64,000 bases of DNA from Octopus vulgaris (taxonomy: Eukaryota). The notes beneath the pieces are model-generated. The model was not told where the DNA came from. It worked only from the letters and a program-made list of their open reading frames with translations, and searched no databases. The stretch spans positions 13,888,001 to 13,952,000 of the forward strand of contig OX597815.1 in the NCBI GenBank assembly GCA_951406725.2. The letters run 5' to 3'. Positions 11,023 through 23,229 of this stretch are shown in pieces. Every line of letters begins with the position of its first letter. The first letter of the stretch is position 1. Both the position numbers and the translations under genes were made by a program.

Positions 11023-13579
11023 GGTATTGCTTTTAGGATGGAGTGTATTTTTCGTTGTTGTTGTTGTTATTATTATTATTATTATCATTATTATTATCAT
11101 CATTATTATTATTTCAAATAATAATAATAACATAATAATGTATTTTGCATTATTTGCAACAGCCACAAGTGGTCCAATAACTATATTTCCACGTAATCGC
11201 TCGCTCCAAACATAAAGTGAGCAAAATACATATTAAATTGCATACTACAATTTCATTTATTAATAAAAGAATTATACAAATGATAATGTATTTGTTTGAA
11301 ATAGGCTGACTTCCATGGGAGAAACGCCTTATCTTATTTAAATTCTCTATAAGAGCTGATCCGCTCCGAGCAATAAAAATTTATTCAATTCTATCAGTAG
11401 AATATAAATATAAAACTCGCTTTCACAAAATTGTTGCCATGCTGAGTATCGTCAGATATTGTTTCGATACACCATTATATGACGGCGCGTCCTTCAAAAA
11501 TATTTAGGTGAGGACAAGTTGCAAGCCGGAGACTAACTGGTTTGCTGGTGAGAAACATGCAATAAGAGAGTTGCGATCACCTTACATGCTGAGTTATGGT
11601 GACCGTTTCTAAGAAAGAAACCATGCATGAAACTGAGACGATCATACGGACAATTAAATAATAAGCAATCAGAACTATATGGCACTAAAACATGTTATCA
11701 TTTACTCCTATAATTCGTGGCCATTGATAAGATAACGACATTTCTATCAAACTGGACTGGTAATCAGATATTAGTATAAACGAAAACGGAAGGAAGCTAT
11801 TGCTATACAATCGTGAAGACATTTAGTAAGTTTTATTCTATGCTTACGCAGAAAACTTTATGAGAATTTTTGTTTTATTTCGAGACAGTCAAAATAGCTT
11901 TGCAGGAAATTAAGTAGCTTCCTAGTGACATTAATACAAGACCATTGCAGATTGTTATGCTCCTGAGAATATAATGTATCTTCCTATAAACAAATCAATA
12001 AAGCAGTTAGATATTTCCGCAGGCTGTGAAAGCTAATTAAATATGTGTTAATTGATGGAACAGGTTTCTGGATCCTCTGTCGGTTTCATTTAAACTGTAA
12101 GGTTATGCTACTAAAATAATCATGCTAAACCCTGGTTTTTAACATAAACTGAACATGCCCTCTCTTTAATTGCGTCCGTAAGAAGCCATAAAAAAAATCA
12201 TTTTCATACAGTATAACGAAGCACATAATTTGTAGCATTACATGTAAAATTACCGAAAATAAATTCATTTATGTTTACAGGAGCGAAAATCGAATGCTAT
12301 AAAATTTTCGGCCAAGAAATTCGAATTAAAGTGAAACGGATTCAGGAGCGCGGTTTACAAATCTATTTCATTATATATTCATTTATTTTCATTTATACTC
12401 CACTGTACGTATCTGAATTTCAGTACTCTTCACGAGTATAATTGAAAAAATAATTTTCGTTTTCTGTTATAAGTAGGATTTATTGTCATGTATTTTTTTT
12501 TCTTTTAAGATAGCTACTTGGGGTTTGGGAGATTTGTATCTGCTATTTCTAGTAGGTCGAGCAGCCTTAGGCCGCAGTGCTATGTGCCGTTGCTGTTATA
12601 CAGCGCCAGAATATCTCTGGTTAAAAAGCCCTATAGTAAGAGCGTATTTGGTCAAATGACTACATGCATCTCGATGCATTACATAAGATGCACTTTTTAA
12701 TGTAAAGGGTAAAATATTGAGAACTGGAGAGTTTGTATAGCATTTTTTATGACAGTCTCTTTAGAGACAAGCGTTAAATGCATGTAATTGTTCTGAGCAC
12801 CAAATCCGCTGTTCATCTACTGCTATTGTGCAGGTCTTAATGAAATCAAATCCGCATTTAGATTGTTGTGCATTTGCCGCAGCTGAACAGGACTGATAAT
12901 GTTTTCAGGACGCCATTCACTGCCCTTAACCACTGAAAACCATTTTTTGTGTTGAATTAAACTGATGTAGAGATTGGCTTGTAAGATGTAGCAGTCAGGT
13001 TTTCTTCAAACCCTCCCCTGTTTTTATATAAAAGCGTGGTATTTTAGCACTAACTACATTGTGACTGAATCTTAAAAATACTTATGACATTAAGTTTGTA
13101 TGATAAAGATTTATCTTTGCCTTAAATCCAAAGAATAGCAGCAACGAATTCCCGAGCATTTACCACAAAGTTTCTATGTATTTGCTTTACCGCAAAAGAG
13201 AAAGAAAAAATAGAAATTTAAAACATGGTAGGTTTCCATCATGCCATCCAAATATGTGAACATAATAAAATGTGGATCTGGAACCAAAATGGTCGCGAAA
13301 ATGATTGGGTTGCAATCATGCAATGTCACTGAAATTTAAATCGGTTCTGTAGAAAACAAATGTGGTTCAATGTTAAATACAACCGAACTAATAAATCTCA
13401 CAGGCAACAAAAATATCAGTTAAGACTCATGTTTAAGTTACTTTCTGTTTAATATATTGATGGAAATGTAGTTTGTGCAGCCAAACTGAGCAAACAGATA
13501 ACAACTACTTTGCAAATGCAGAGAAGGAAACTGTACGTAATTGTCTCACAATTATTTTATACCCGCATCTTTTATCTGT

Positions 13580-13995
13580 TATCTCTTATTTGCTTCACTC
13601 ATTTGACTGCGGCCATGCTGGGGCACCACCTGGAAGTGTTTTTAGGCGAACAAATGGACCCTAGGACTTATTTTTTGAAGCCTAGTACTGATTCTATTTA
13701 TCTATCTCGCCAGCTGAAATTCTAATTTACGGGGATGTGAACACACTACCACCGGTTGCCAAACGGCGGTGGGGAACAAGCACAGGCACAGAAACACGCA
13801 CATACACATATGAACATACACGCACGCACACACGCATATACACACACATGTATATCTATATCTATATCCACGCGCGCGCGTGTGTGTGTAGGGCGCACAA
13901 TGGGCTTCACAAGTCTTTGGTCAGCGCAAGGCTAAAGTAAAAAGCACTTAACCATGCGGTTGAGATCAAACTTCTTACCACACAGACATGCCAGC
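13580..13995 (-). mobile_element. SINE family B, diverged copy
   Basis: CATTTGACTGCGGCCATGCTGGGGCACCACC...CACAAGTCTTTGGTCAGC..CTTACCACACAG. Confidence 0.8.
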
Positions 13996-14942
13996 ACCAA
14001 GAAAAGTTTTGATGAATTTTACTCCTCGTAAAAGCAATTAAATATGGAAGCATCAATTTATTACACTTTAATTGAACACTTTAATTGAACAAGATATATA
14101 ACTTCAGAAGAATAAACTGTTGCTGAGCTTAATAGAACAATGTTTAAAAGTTTTAGTGGAAAAATCGTTTGCACTAAGGTACATAACCTCATAAATGTCG
14201 AATACGACCACTGCTGCAGTGTGCGATCACCTCAGGATGAGAGCACTTGCACTAACTGCAAAAAAATAACGACCAGATCCCCATCATATACCTTAGCATT
14301 CAATAAAACAGAAACGATACAGATGTGTCGACAGATTTCACAAAATATTGGATCGATCAGTGCTGACCCGCACGTGTAAGAAGGTTGAATGTCTCAAACA
14401 TAAACAGTAAAATAAAGCAGAAAATAAGGTAAGGCTTTAATTTTATGAGTTACTAGTTGTAGTTGCAGGAAAATTTAACGGTGATTTTGTTTGAAACGCA
14501 CGGACAGATTAATTTAAGATCAAAGGGAAGATTGTTTTTCTTTCTACGTACATATTTAATTTTCATCTGTGAGCACGAATTTGTTCGATCCGTGAAGTAA
14601 ATCAATCATTTGTCACTTTCGGAAGAGTAATTTTAGATTTTTCATTATCAGACTGATGCTTACATAAAAAAAATATATTAAAGCGATACAGTAATGAATT
14701 TTTTGTCTTTTCTTTTTGACTTCGTTAAGTTGAATGAAGTTAGTTCGCAGGATATCGAAATATATTACAATCTTAAAACCTATGTTTGGCCAGAGGCAGA
14801 TATATTTATTGAGTCTGCATAAAAATATGTTTACAATGCAGTTTCAAAAAATGTTTAGAAGAACTATATTACTCAAATAGTTTATATCACACATATGCAT
14901 TTATATACGTATGTGTGTGTGAGAGAGTGTGTGTTTCTGCAC

Positions 14943-15007
<65 letters not shown>

Positions 15008-15062
15008 TACTTACATATAAATAGACATATATGTATATATACAAATATATACATATACATAC

Positions 15063-15139
<77 letters not shown>
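14943..15139. repeat. (TA)n/(GA)n microsatellite
   Basis: Direct inspection. Confidence 0.95.
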
Positions 15140-15143
<4 letters not shown>

Positions 15144-15563
15144 CATATTATAATAGCAGAAATTATTAATATATTGGAATTTTTACCAAGGGGTAGATAT
15201 ATAAATATACATATTGATTATTTCATGTGTTTTCTTTCCTATAAAATGTTATAAGTTTTAACGTATAACTAAGAATATACAATAGACAATAACATTCGTC
15301 ATAAAGTCTCACTTTCTCTTTCTCCATCCCTCTCTTCCTCTCTTTTTCTGAACACACACATTTACTATAAAAATGTGTGTATTTGAGAGTAAATGTATGA
15401 GTACGGTCTCACGTGTGTGAAGGGTATATATATGGCTTCCTATTAAAATTAGATATATTTCAACTGATAGAAAAAATGAAAGCTGCGAATTAAATACCAA
15501 AGCTAGGCATTTGTATGTTACGACTGGTACAAAGATAATTATTCATGTCTTGTTTGTAATAAC

Positions 15564-16135
15564 TTATTTCTTTACTACCCACAAGGGGTTAAACACAGAA
15601 GTGACAAACAAGGACAAACAAACGGATTAAGTCGATTACATCGACCCTAGTACGTAAATGATACTTATTTAATCGACTCCGAAAGGATGAAAGGCAAAGT
15701 CGACTTCGGCAGAATTTGAACTCAGCGGCAGACGAAATACCTATTTCTTTACTACCCACAAGGGGCTAAACACAGAAGAGACAAACAAGGACAAACAAAC
15801 GGATTAAGTCAGCTCGCATCACTTCCTCTATATTTAATCGACCCCGAAAAGATGAAAGGCAATGTCGACTTCGGCAGAATTTGAACTCAGCGGCAGACCA
15901 AATACCTATTTCTTTACTACCCACAAGGGGCTAAACACAGAAGAGACAAACAAGGACAAACAAACGGATTAAGTCGATTACATCGACCCCAGGGCGTAAC
16001 TGGTACTTATTTAATCGACCCAGAAATGATGAAAGGTAAAGTTGACTTCCGCGGAATTTGAACTCAGATCGTAGCGGTAGACGAAATACCGCTAAGCATT
16101 TCGCCCGGCGTGCTAACGTTTCTGCCAGCTCGCAT
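15564..16135 (-). mobile_element. Head-to-tail array of three SINE family A units
   Basis: TATTTCTTTACTACCCACAAGGGG recurs at about 15565, 15742 and 15907. Junctions read AAATAC|CTATTTC. Confidence 0.9.
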
Positions 16136-16174
16136 CACTTGCTATATAGTATATCCCCATTTGCTAGATGCAAC

Positions 16175-16260
16175 TCTCTTTTACTCTTTTACTTATTTCA
16201 GTCATTTGACTGCGGCCATGCTGGAGCACCGCCTTTAGTCGAGCAAATCGACCCCGGGAC
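16175..16260 (-). mobile_element. SINE family B 3' fragment
   Basis: TTTCAGTCATTTGACTGCGGCCATGCTGGAGCACCGCCTTTAGTCGAGCAAATCGACCCCGGGAC. Confidence 0.85.
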
Positions 16261-16456
16261 CTCTTCAACAGGTAAATTCCACTCAAATCTTATTCTTTTA
16301 TTATAAATAAAGAACGCAAGATTCAATGGACCTAAGGAAGAAAACTATGGCTAGCAATGGATGAAATAATCTTTACACGTATCCATCTACTTACTCAGGG
16401 CAGTTATAGGGCCAAACAACAAAAACTCGAATCTCTCAAGTTGTTATTGATGTAAA

Positions 16457-16879
16457 TTACTCTTTTACTCTTTTATTTGTTTCAGTCATTTTACTGTGGC
16501 CATGCTGGAGCACCACCTTTAGTCGAGCAAATCACCCCTAGGACTTATTCTTTATAAGCCTAGTACTTATTCTATCGGTCTCTTTTGCCGAACCGCTAAG
16601 TTACGGGGACGTAAACACACCAGCATCGATTTTCAAGCGGTGTTGGGAGGGGGCCAAACACAGACACACAAGCATATACACACACCCATACATATATATA
16701 CATATAAATATATACGACGAGCTTCTTTCAGTTTTCGTCTACCAGATCCACTCACAAGGCTTTGGTCGGCCCGAGGCTATAGTAGAAGGCACTTGCCCAA
16801 GGTGCCACGCAGCGGGACTGAACCCGGAAGCTTGTGATTCGTAAGCAAGCTACTTACCACACAGCCACTCCTACGCCTA
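16457..16879 (-). mobile_element. SINE family B, full length
   Basis: Complete head, core, internal microsatellite and tail. Confidence 0.92.
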
Positions 16880-16987
16880 TACTCCTCGATATAATGTCTA
16901 TATATATAGAATATGCATGTGCAAATAGATCAGTAGTGTCATACATAGACGCACTAGTTTTTGGATAGGGTGTATATGCAGTATTAG

Positions 16988-18700
16988 TTGTGTGGTAAGA
17001 AGTTCGTTTCCGAACGAGACGCCTCCGCGCTTACTCCCACTTCGATGGCACCTTGGGCAAGTTTCTTCTACAATAGCCTCAGGACGACCGAAGCCTTGTA
17101 AGAGGATTTCGTAGACAAGAAACGGAAAGAAGACCGCCGGATATTTACATTTATGTGTGTGTTAGTGTTTGGATGGAGCATGAAGAATATGATCTCCCAA
17201 TTATTAGACTATTTTCCTTGGTTCTTTGCACGGTGAAGCTATAAGCGTTAAGCTTATAAAAAAATACCATCATTATTATTTAAAGAATTGCAAAACTCGA
17301 CAATGTGTAACAAAATCATTTGCGCCGAAAGTGCATAAGGTTTACTTACAAAAATAGCTATGACCTAATATAGTTCTTAAATATGACAAAAACGAGCAGG
17401 CTGGTGTAATGGGTATCACACTTAGTCGCGCTAACAAAGGTATGTGGGTTCGAGTACCACCCGTACGGGAAAGCGTAATTTTCTCTGTCGAGGGAGGGTT
17501 ATATGCACCATCATTAGACTGTTTTCCTTAGCCATTTGCACGGTGGTCACTATAAGCTTTAAGCTTATAAAATACCGTTATAATTATTTACAGAAATATA
17601 TATATATATATAGCGGCGTACGTACACTTTGGTCTCCTATATATATATATATACTTCAAGGTCCTGGTATCAGCCCACAAGCAAATGACAGCTGAACTAC
17701 TCAAGACCAGCAGGCAATGTAATCATTCAGAATCGGTGCGTGGCCTGCGAATCCACATGAGCAACGACGCAACTTCCCATGTGCGCATTGCTCTAATCGC
17801 AACACTATCCAGGAAGGTGACATATTGTTTCCTTAGATCCTTCAGGACCAGGAACCGAGGCACAATGCTTCATCTTTGGAGTATTTTTGTCCTCAATCGT
17901 CTGGACTCCTGCGCCCAACTGTGATCACCACAGATCGCAAAACTAATTGCGGAACTAGATGTGATCCACCGCCACTACACAAAGAAAATAAACTTAGCAA
18001 AACACATGGGCTACTGGGACTCTAATCCCTGGAGAGGACACGTGAGAGATATGCAGCGACATATAGTAAATAGTGGAGTGTCCAGCTCCATATTTCGGAA
18101 TGGAAATCTAAAATTTCCGAACTAAACGGCACTGCACAGTACCAAAGCTCCCACCTTCTCCATCGAGGATACAACCCCAATATTGCAACAGCTTAGGATT
18201 CTAGGCACCACAATGTTTTGACGCCCTACCACAGAACATCATAGATCTGCGAGGTGTAGACATGGAAGTCTTGAAAAAACGCCTAGACAGTTTTTTATCT
18301 GCAATACCGGATGAACACACATCGCAGCAGGAGGCACAAAGAAGGGCAACAACTCGCTACTTCACCAGACGCAATACTCGAGAAATTCCCGGATGCTGTA
18401 GAGGCGGTGCACCAGCATGGCCCCAGCCTCTGGTAGAAACCCATAAAAGATAATAGATAAAAGACATGTGTGTGTCAGTCTTCATGTCTGTGGTTGTTCT
18501 CCCATTACCGCATGACAACCGGTGCTGGTGTCTTTACGTCTCCGTATCTTAACAGTTCAGCAAAAGAGATGGACAGAATAAATGCCAGACGTTATATAAT
18601 AAAAATAGAATCCATTCGTTTGACTAAAATTCTTCAAGTCGGTGCCCCAACACGGCCGCTGCATTTTGACTCAAACAGGTAAAATATGAAAGATATAAAA
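16988..18700 (+). mobile_element. Old SINE family B copy split by about 1.3 kb of nested insertions
   Basis: 5' half at about 16988-17165 (GGCACCTTGGGCAAGT) and 3' half at about 18466-18700 (GACAACCGGTGCTGGTGT...GGTGCCCCAACACGGCCGC). Confidence 0.7.
17653..18464 (+). mobile_element. Decayed CR1-group LINE 3' fragment
   Basis: VRGLRIHMSND...FLRSFRTR...RLDSCAQL*SP and KKRLDSFLSAIPDE resemble the C-terminal part of the 842-aa ORF. 3' tail GGCGGTGCACCAGCATGGCC. Confidence 0.85.
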
Positions 18701-19235
18701 CATTTCCGAAGGCGTAAATGTAAATGCAAACAGAATATCATATAAAATAAATGACAATTAAGAAGTTTTCAACTGAAACTATTCGATAGTTCGTGATGTA
18801 GTCTAGGTTAAAAGTGTCGCACAGGGAGAAAGAATTTATAGAAGTACCATTGGAAAGAGAGAGAGAGAGAGAGAGTAAAAGATATAACATAAACAGGTAT
18901 TTAGGAATTCGTAAACCAAAGGAACATATAAGGAATATGAGACTAAAATAAAAAAGATTAAAAAATGTATATAGTAAAAGATAATTGGGAAATCCTAATC
19001 CGAAGAAAGCACGGCTTATGGAACGGTACATAATCCTGATATTTAAACGTAGTTAATATTTCTTGTAAATAAAAGTTCTAATGACATTCGGTCATCTCTC
19101 AATAAGCTCATAGTATTTGTGTAAATACAAGCCTCCTTGAATCTCATACTCGTTCAGAACAAAAGGCTATTTTTCCTGATGTTAAACTGATAGTTTCTAT
19201 CTATATATGCCTTTTTAAAATTATGTTTCCGTGTG

Positions 19236-19905
19236 AGTGGCCTAGCGGGTAAAAATTTAGTCCAAAGGCTATGTATTACTCATAAAATACAGTGTACATT
19301 TAAACACACAAGGAATCCACTCGTGCGATTCATTAGGCTAGAAAGAACAACTAGGTTCCATAACCACAAAATTAAGGATAAAATCCCCAAAGAAAGGAAA
19401 TGAAAAAATAAAAGGTTTTATGAGAAATACCTAGTCTATGGACTAAATTTTTATACGCTTGGCCACTAGAAGTGAAAATTTTTATTAATTTCTATTTCCC
19501 TTCGATATTATTAAGTATCGTAAGTTTTTGGAAAATTTTCGAATTTTAAAAGTTGGCATTTTTTTTATTACCGACGAGGAGCTGGCCTGCGCCGTAGATT
19601 TGAAAAAAGAGTAGGATGTATAAACAAGAGACATATAATTGAATGCCTCGGGTTTATATATTTAATCTGAGGTGTACATGTCCATGACGATTTCACCTAG
19701 CATATTATCTTATTTCCTAAACTAAAATCAAAAACCAATTCGTCCAGGAAACTAGATGGTTATTTTAAAAATATTTTTCATTTAGTTCCTTTCAGAATTT
19801 TATCCTTCCTTTTTGTGGTTCTAGAACCTACCTGTTCTTTCTAGATTGATGAATCCAATGGGTGGATTCCTCTTATGTATATAAATATACACTTTATTTT
19901 ATGAG
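19236..19905. repeat. Two interleaved imperfect inverted repeats
   Basis: About 19236-19270 pairs with 19432-19467, and about 19278-19410 pairs with 19771-19905. Confidence 0.7.
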
Positions 19906-19922
19906 TATATATATATATATAT

Positions 19923-20485
19923 GGCTCACTAAGCAGCGTAAAATTAATATCAGAACTTGAGGCAATCCAACAAAGCTACATGAAGAAGATAGCCTCTAAG
20001 CAGCATGTAAGCTAGTGGGAAATACTCAAGAAATTGAGGCTCTCTTCCCTGGAGCATAACCGCAGGATTGAGACTCTGTTCCCTGGAGGATAGGAGAGAT
20101 TTGTCCCAAATTTTGGCATTGAGAGTTACACTAACGCCAGAGCGGGGGGCTAGTACAAAGTGCCAAAGACTCCAGCTTTGTCATCAAAATATAGAACCAA
20201 ATATAGGCTCATAGCTCTTCACGATCCTCCAGAAAGACCTGAGAAACCTACATGGGTTGGATGTACATTTCTTCAAACCAAAACTAGATCTATCACTGTC
20301 AACAGTCCCAGATGAACCAACTGCACAGCAGGAAGTGCGAATGCGGGTGGCGGAGTAAAACAGATTCATGCACCAAATGTCAAGTTCGAAATAGTATTAA
20401 TGAAGTAGAAATTATGTAGCAATACCAAATGGTGGTGCTCCAGCCTGGTCACAGCTCGACAGTCAAAACTAGTTCGATTCAATTC
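19923..20485 (+). mobile_element. Decayed CR1-group LINE 3' fragment
   Basis: KLISELEAIQQSYMKKI...WEILKKLRLSSLE and FFKPKLDLSLSTVPDEPT. Tail GGTGGTGCTCCAGCCTGGTCACAG. Confidence 0.85.
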
Positions 20486-20667
20486 AGATATATATATATA
20501 TGTATGTATGTATGTATATATATATATGGATAAATGAATTATCTTGTTACGGATTATTCAAAATTTAACCGATACCTGGGTAGCAAAAATCACAACAGAA
20601 AAAACACGGTTGAAGTTACGACCATGGGGTGTCGCAACCGTGCCTTAGCGCGGATAATTGAAGATTT

Positions 20668-20997
20668 ATATATTTAGTGGATGGAAGAAATGGAGCTGAA
20701 CGAAGATTCTACAAAATTCCTTTTTATTATTTTCTACACGTTTCAAAGGCTGCAAATTTCCAAATTCGGATTGAATAAGGAGACCATGGGCTCCTAGAGA
20801 GCGTTTTGTTCGAATAGCTTGCTGCGCATTTGTTTGGAGATTTAAGTTCCTGGTTTTTCCTGAAGAGAAAGCTGCAAAATGGTCTCCTTATTCAATCCGA
20901 ATTTGGATATTTGCAGCCTTTGAAACATGTATAGAAAATAATAAAAAGGAATTTTGTAGAATCTTCGTTCAGCTCCATTTCTTCCCTTCACTAAATA

Positions 20998-21000
<3 letters not shown>
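20668..21000. repeat. Inverted repeat (arms about 120 bp) resembling a Penelope pseudo-LTR foldback
   Basis: 20668-20787 is a near-perfect reverse complement of 20879-21000. Confidence 0.9.
20855..20938 (+). ncRNA. Type-I hammerhead-like motif with long helix II
   Basis: TTTTC-CTGAAGA-G-AAAGCTGCAAA...TTTGCAGCCTTT-GAAA-CATG-TA-(TA)-GAAAA. Confidence 0.6.
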
Positions 21001-21033
<33 letters not shown>

Positions 21034-21082
21034 TGTATGTATGTATGTATGTATGTATGTATGTATGTATGTATATATATAT

Positions 21083-21635
21083 GTCAGGTCACTTTCAAGT
21101 GCTACTGGTAACATCTAAACCAAGTACAACCTGTTGCATGGTCGGGTCGTCGGCGACTAAACCAGCAACCCCACCATGCTTGCTTGGTGAGGAGGGGGTT
21201 TATTGGACAACCTGCGGGATGAAAAACAAAACCCGTCAAAGGGCGGAGGAACTCTTGATAGTCAACGGCCATCCAATAAATGTCTTAAGGCTGTATCATG
21301 CGCGGGGACATAGAAATAATCGGACTGAATACCCGATCGCGCGGTTAAACCATTGGGAGTGAAGGACTCCTGGCCTTTGTTAGGGCATCCTTCTAGGAGA
21401 AGGTAACTCAGGCAATTGGGATAACTCCGACATAAAACCTGCGGCTCAGTGGTTACCGATGATGTTGACTTGTTCTTTTCGGATTATGGCTGCTGTTACT
21501 TAGTGAGTGGGATTGACTCAGTGCACAGCCTTTCCTCATTTAAAAAAAATCTTCTTGCACTGGCATTGCACGATAACAACATTGATTATGCATCGTGCAA
21601 TGGCCATACTCGATAACGAGGGGGCAACCACCACC
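21083..21635 (+). mobile_element. Non-autonomous retroposon resembling an RTE-clade 5' UTR
   Basis: GC-richer block between microsatellites. GGGCATCCTTCTAGGAGAAGGTAACTC resembles a motif recalled from RTE 5' regions. Confidence 0.4.
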
Positions 21636-22280
21636 ATATATACATATATATAGGGGGGGGAAGAAAGAGAACTTTTGTTATTAATCACGGCACTTGTTTC
21701 GATACATCGCGCATCGAACTCTCACTGGTGGGACGCGGTACATCTAGTTAAGGAGCATTCAGCGGGGCAGCTGTAACTTATTGGGTGATAAATGATACAA
21801 ATCGTTAAAACAACTGTTCCATTATGTGCCTTCTTATTTCGTTGAAAGCAAAGCAACAAAGCGAAGGAAATATCTTCAATGATATAGATGATCAAAAATA
21901 AAATCACAGATGCAAAACAGAAACAAACACGCAATACAGAGAGAAAACTATTAAATATAACTGTTAACAGATATGGTTGTATAAATACCCCCGCGCAAGT
22001 TACATGGTGCGTGCACACTCACTCATATAAGCCGCCTTGAAAATGTAATAATATGCACACTTGAGGTATGACGCACTCATGTTCACAAAACGAGATAAAT
22101 AGGTCCTTGATGTTTATAAGAATGGGAAGGATAAAGCTAAACTTAATTCATCTATTCCTTACAGTATATATATATATATAAATAGAATTTCTGAAAGACT
22201 CTCAAAATGCCGACACGCATATAGATTTGATTTCGCACAATGCGGCGGGAATGAATTCGAGTAATTGTTATAAATAAATG

Positions 22281-22316
<36 letters not shown>

Positions 22317-22319
<3 letters not shown>

Positions 22320-22455
22320 TTACTGCCCACAATGGGCTAAACATAGAGGGGAAAAACAAGGAGAGATAAAGGGATTAAGTCTATTGCATCGACCCCAGTG
22401 CGAAACTGGTACTTTATTTATCGACCCCAAAAGGATGAAAGGCAAAGTCGACCTA
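22317..22455 (-). mobile_element. SINE family A 3' fragment
   Basis: CTTTACTGCCCACAATGGGCTAAACA...GGATGAAAGGCAAAGTCGACCT. Confidence 0.85.
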
Positions 22456-22486
22456 GGGGTAACTATATATATATATATAAATATAT

Positions 22487-22682
22487 CACCGTTGGCCTTT
22501 TTTTTCCCTCTGTCTTCTTTTCTCTGGATCTTTCCTTCTCCTATGTTTCCGACGAAGAGCTCTGCTCGAAACGTTAAACCCTCCTTCTTTCCTGCTTTCC
22601 TGAGCGTCCAATAACACTATATTTGTTCCACGTCCTCGGGTTGTTGTGTTTGTTTTGTATTTTCTTGTTTGGATTAACTTTA
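22487..22682 (+). mobile_element. Second copy of the hammerhead-bearing short repeat
   Basis: Homologous to 7050-7255 and flanked by (TA)n on both sides. Confidence 0.7.
22545..22579 (+). ncRNA. Minimal type-I hammerhead-like motif (CCGACGA core variant)
   Basis: GTTT-CCGACGA-A-GAGC-TCT-GCTC-GAAA-CG-TT-AAAC. Confidence 0.55.
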
Positions 22683-23095
22683 TTTATATATATATATATA
22701 TTTACATTTATAGCTTATTTATTAATACAAAGCATCACATAACAAAGTAGGTGACGTAACATATCATATTGTTCGTTATTCTTCATCTTCAGGGGGCATT
22801 CGAATTAAAGCAACTTATCTTCATCAGAGTAAAACACAAGAGCATACACTACAAACAAAAAGAAGATGGAAGACGAAAAGGGCAAATAATTATTTACCAT
22901 CAAGACTTCAGTGTCGGTAGGTAAAAGAGTGATCTATTTTGCTTTGTATAAAAAAATAAAATATAAATGTGGTCCAATCAGTCTGTTGTTTAATCTGTGG
23001 TTTTTCTCCATTTCTTAATTATATATACATACATGTGTGAGTGTGTGTGTGCGTGAGTGTGGGTGTGTATGTGTGTGTACGTGAAAACACATGTA

Positions 23096-23225
23096 TACCC
23101 GGCTTGACCAAAACATGTGCATTCTTCTGGCTTCCGTAATTTTTTTAAAAGGAAAGCAGAATTTGAAGAATTCCATCATTTTTCGATATACCCTCCTTGC
23201 TTTTCGATGCCACCCTCTTGACACA
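23096..23225 (-). mobile_element. Mariner 3'-end fragment
   Basis: Minus strand reads IEKQGGYIEK*, matching the mariner C-terminal CxxxxGxYxEK motif, followed by a TIR-like end at TA. Confidence 0.5.
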
Positions 23226-23229
23226 AAGC

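Noticed and set aside
11400-13500. Possible hAT-like transposase debris
   Set aside because: Only vague motif hints, with no TIRs or TSD that I could confirm by eye.
19568-19620. CCGACGAGGAG...GAAA possible hammerhead
   Set aside because: No convincing helix I, II or III.
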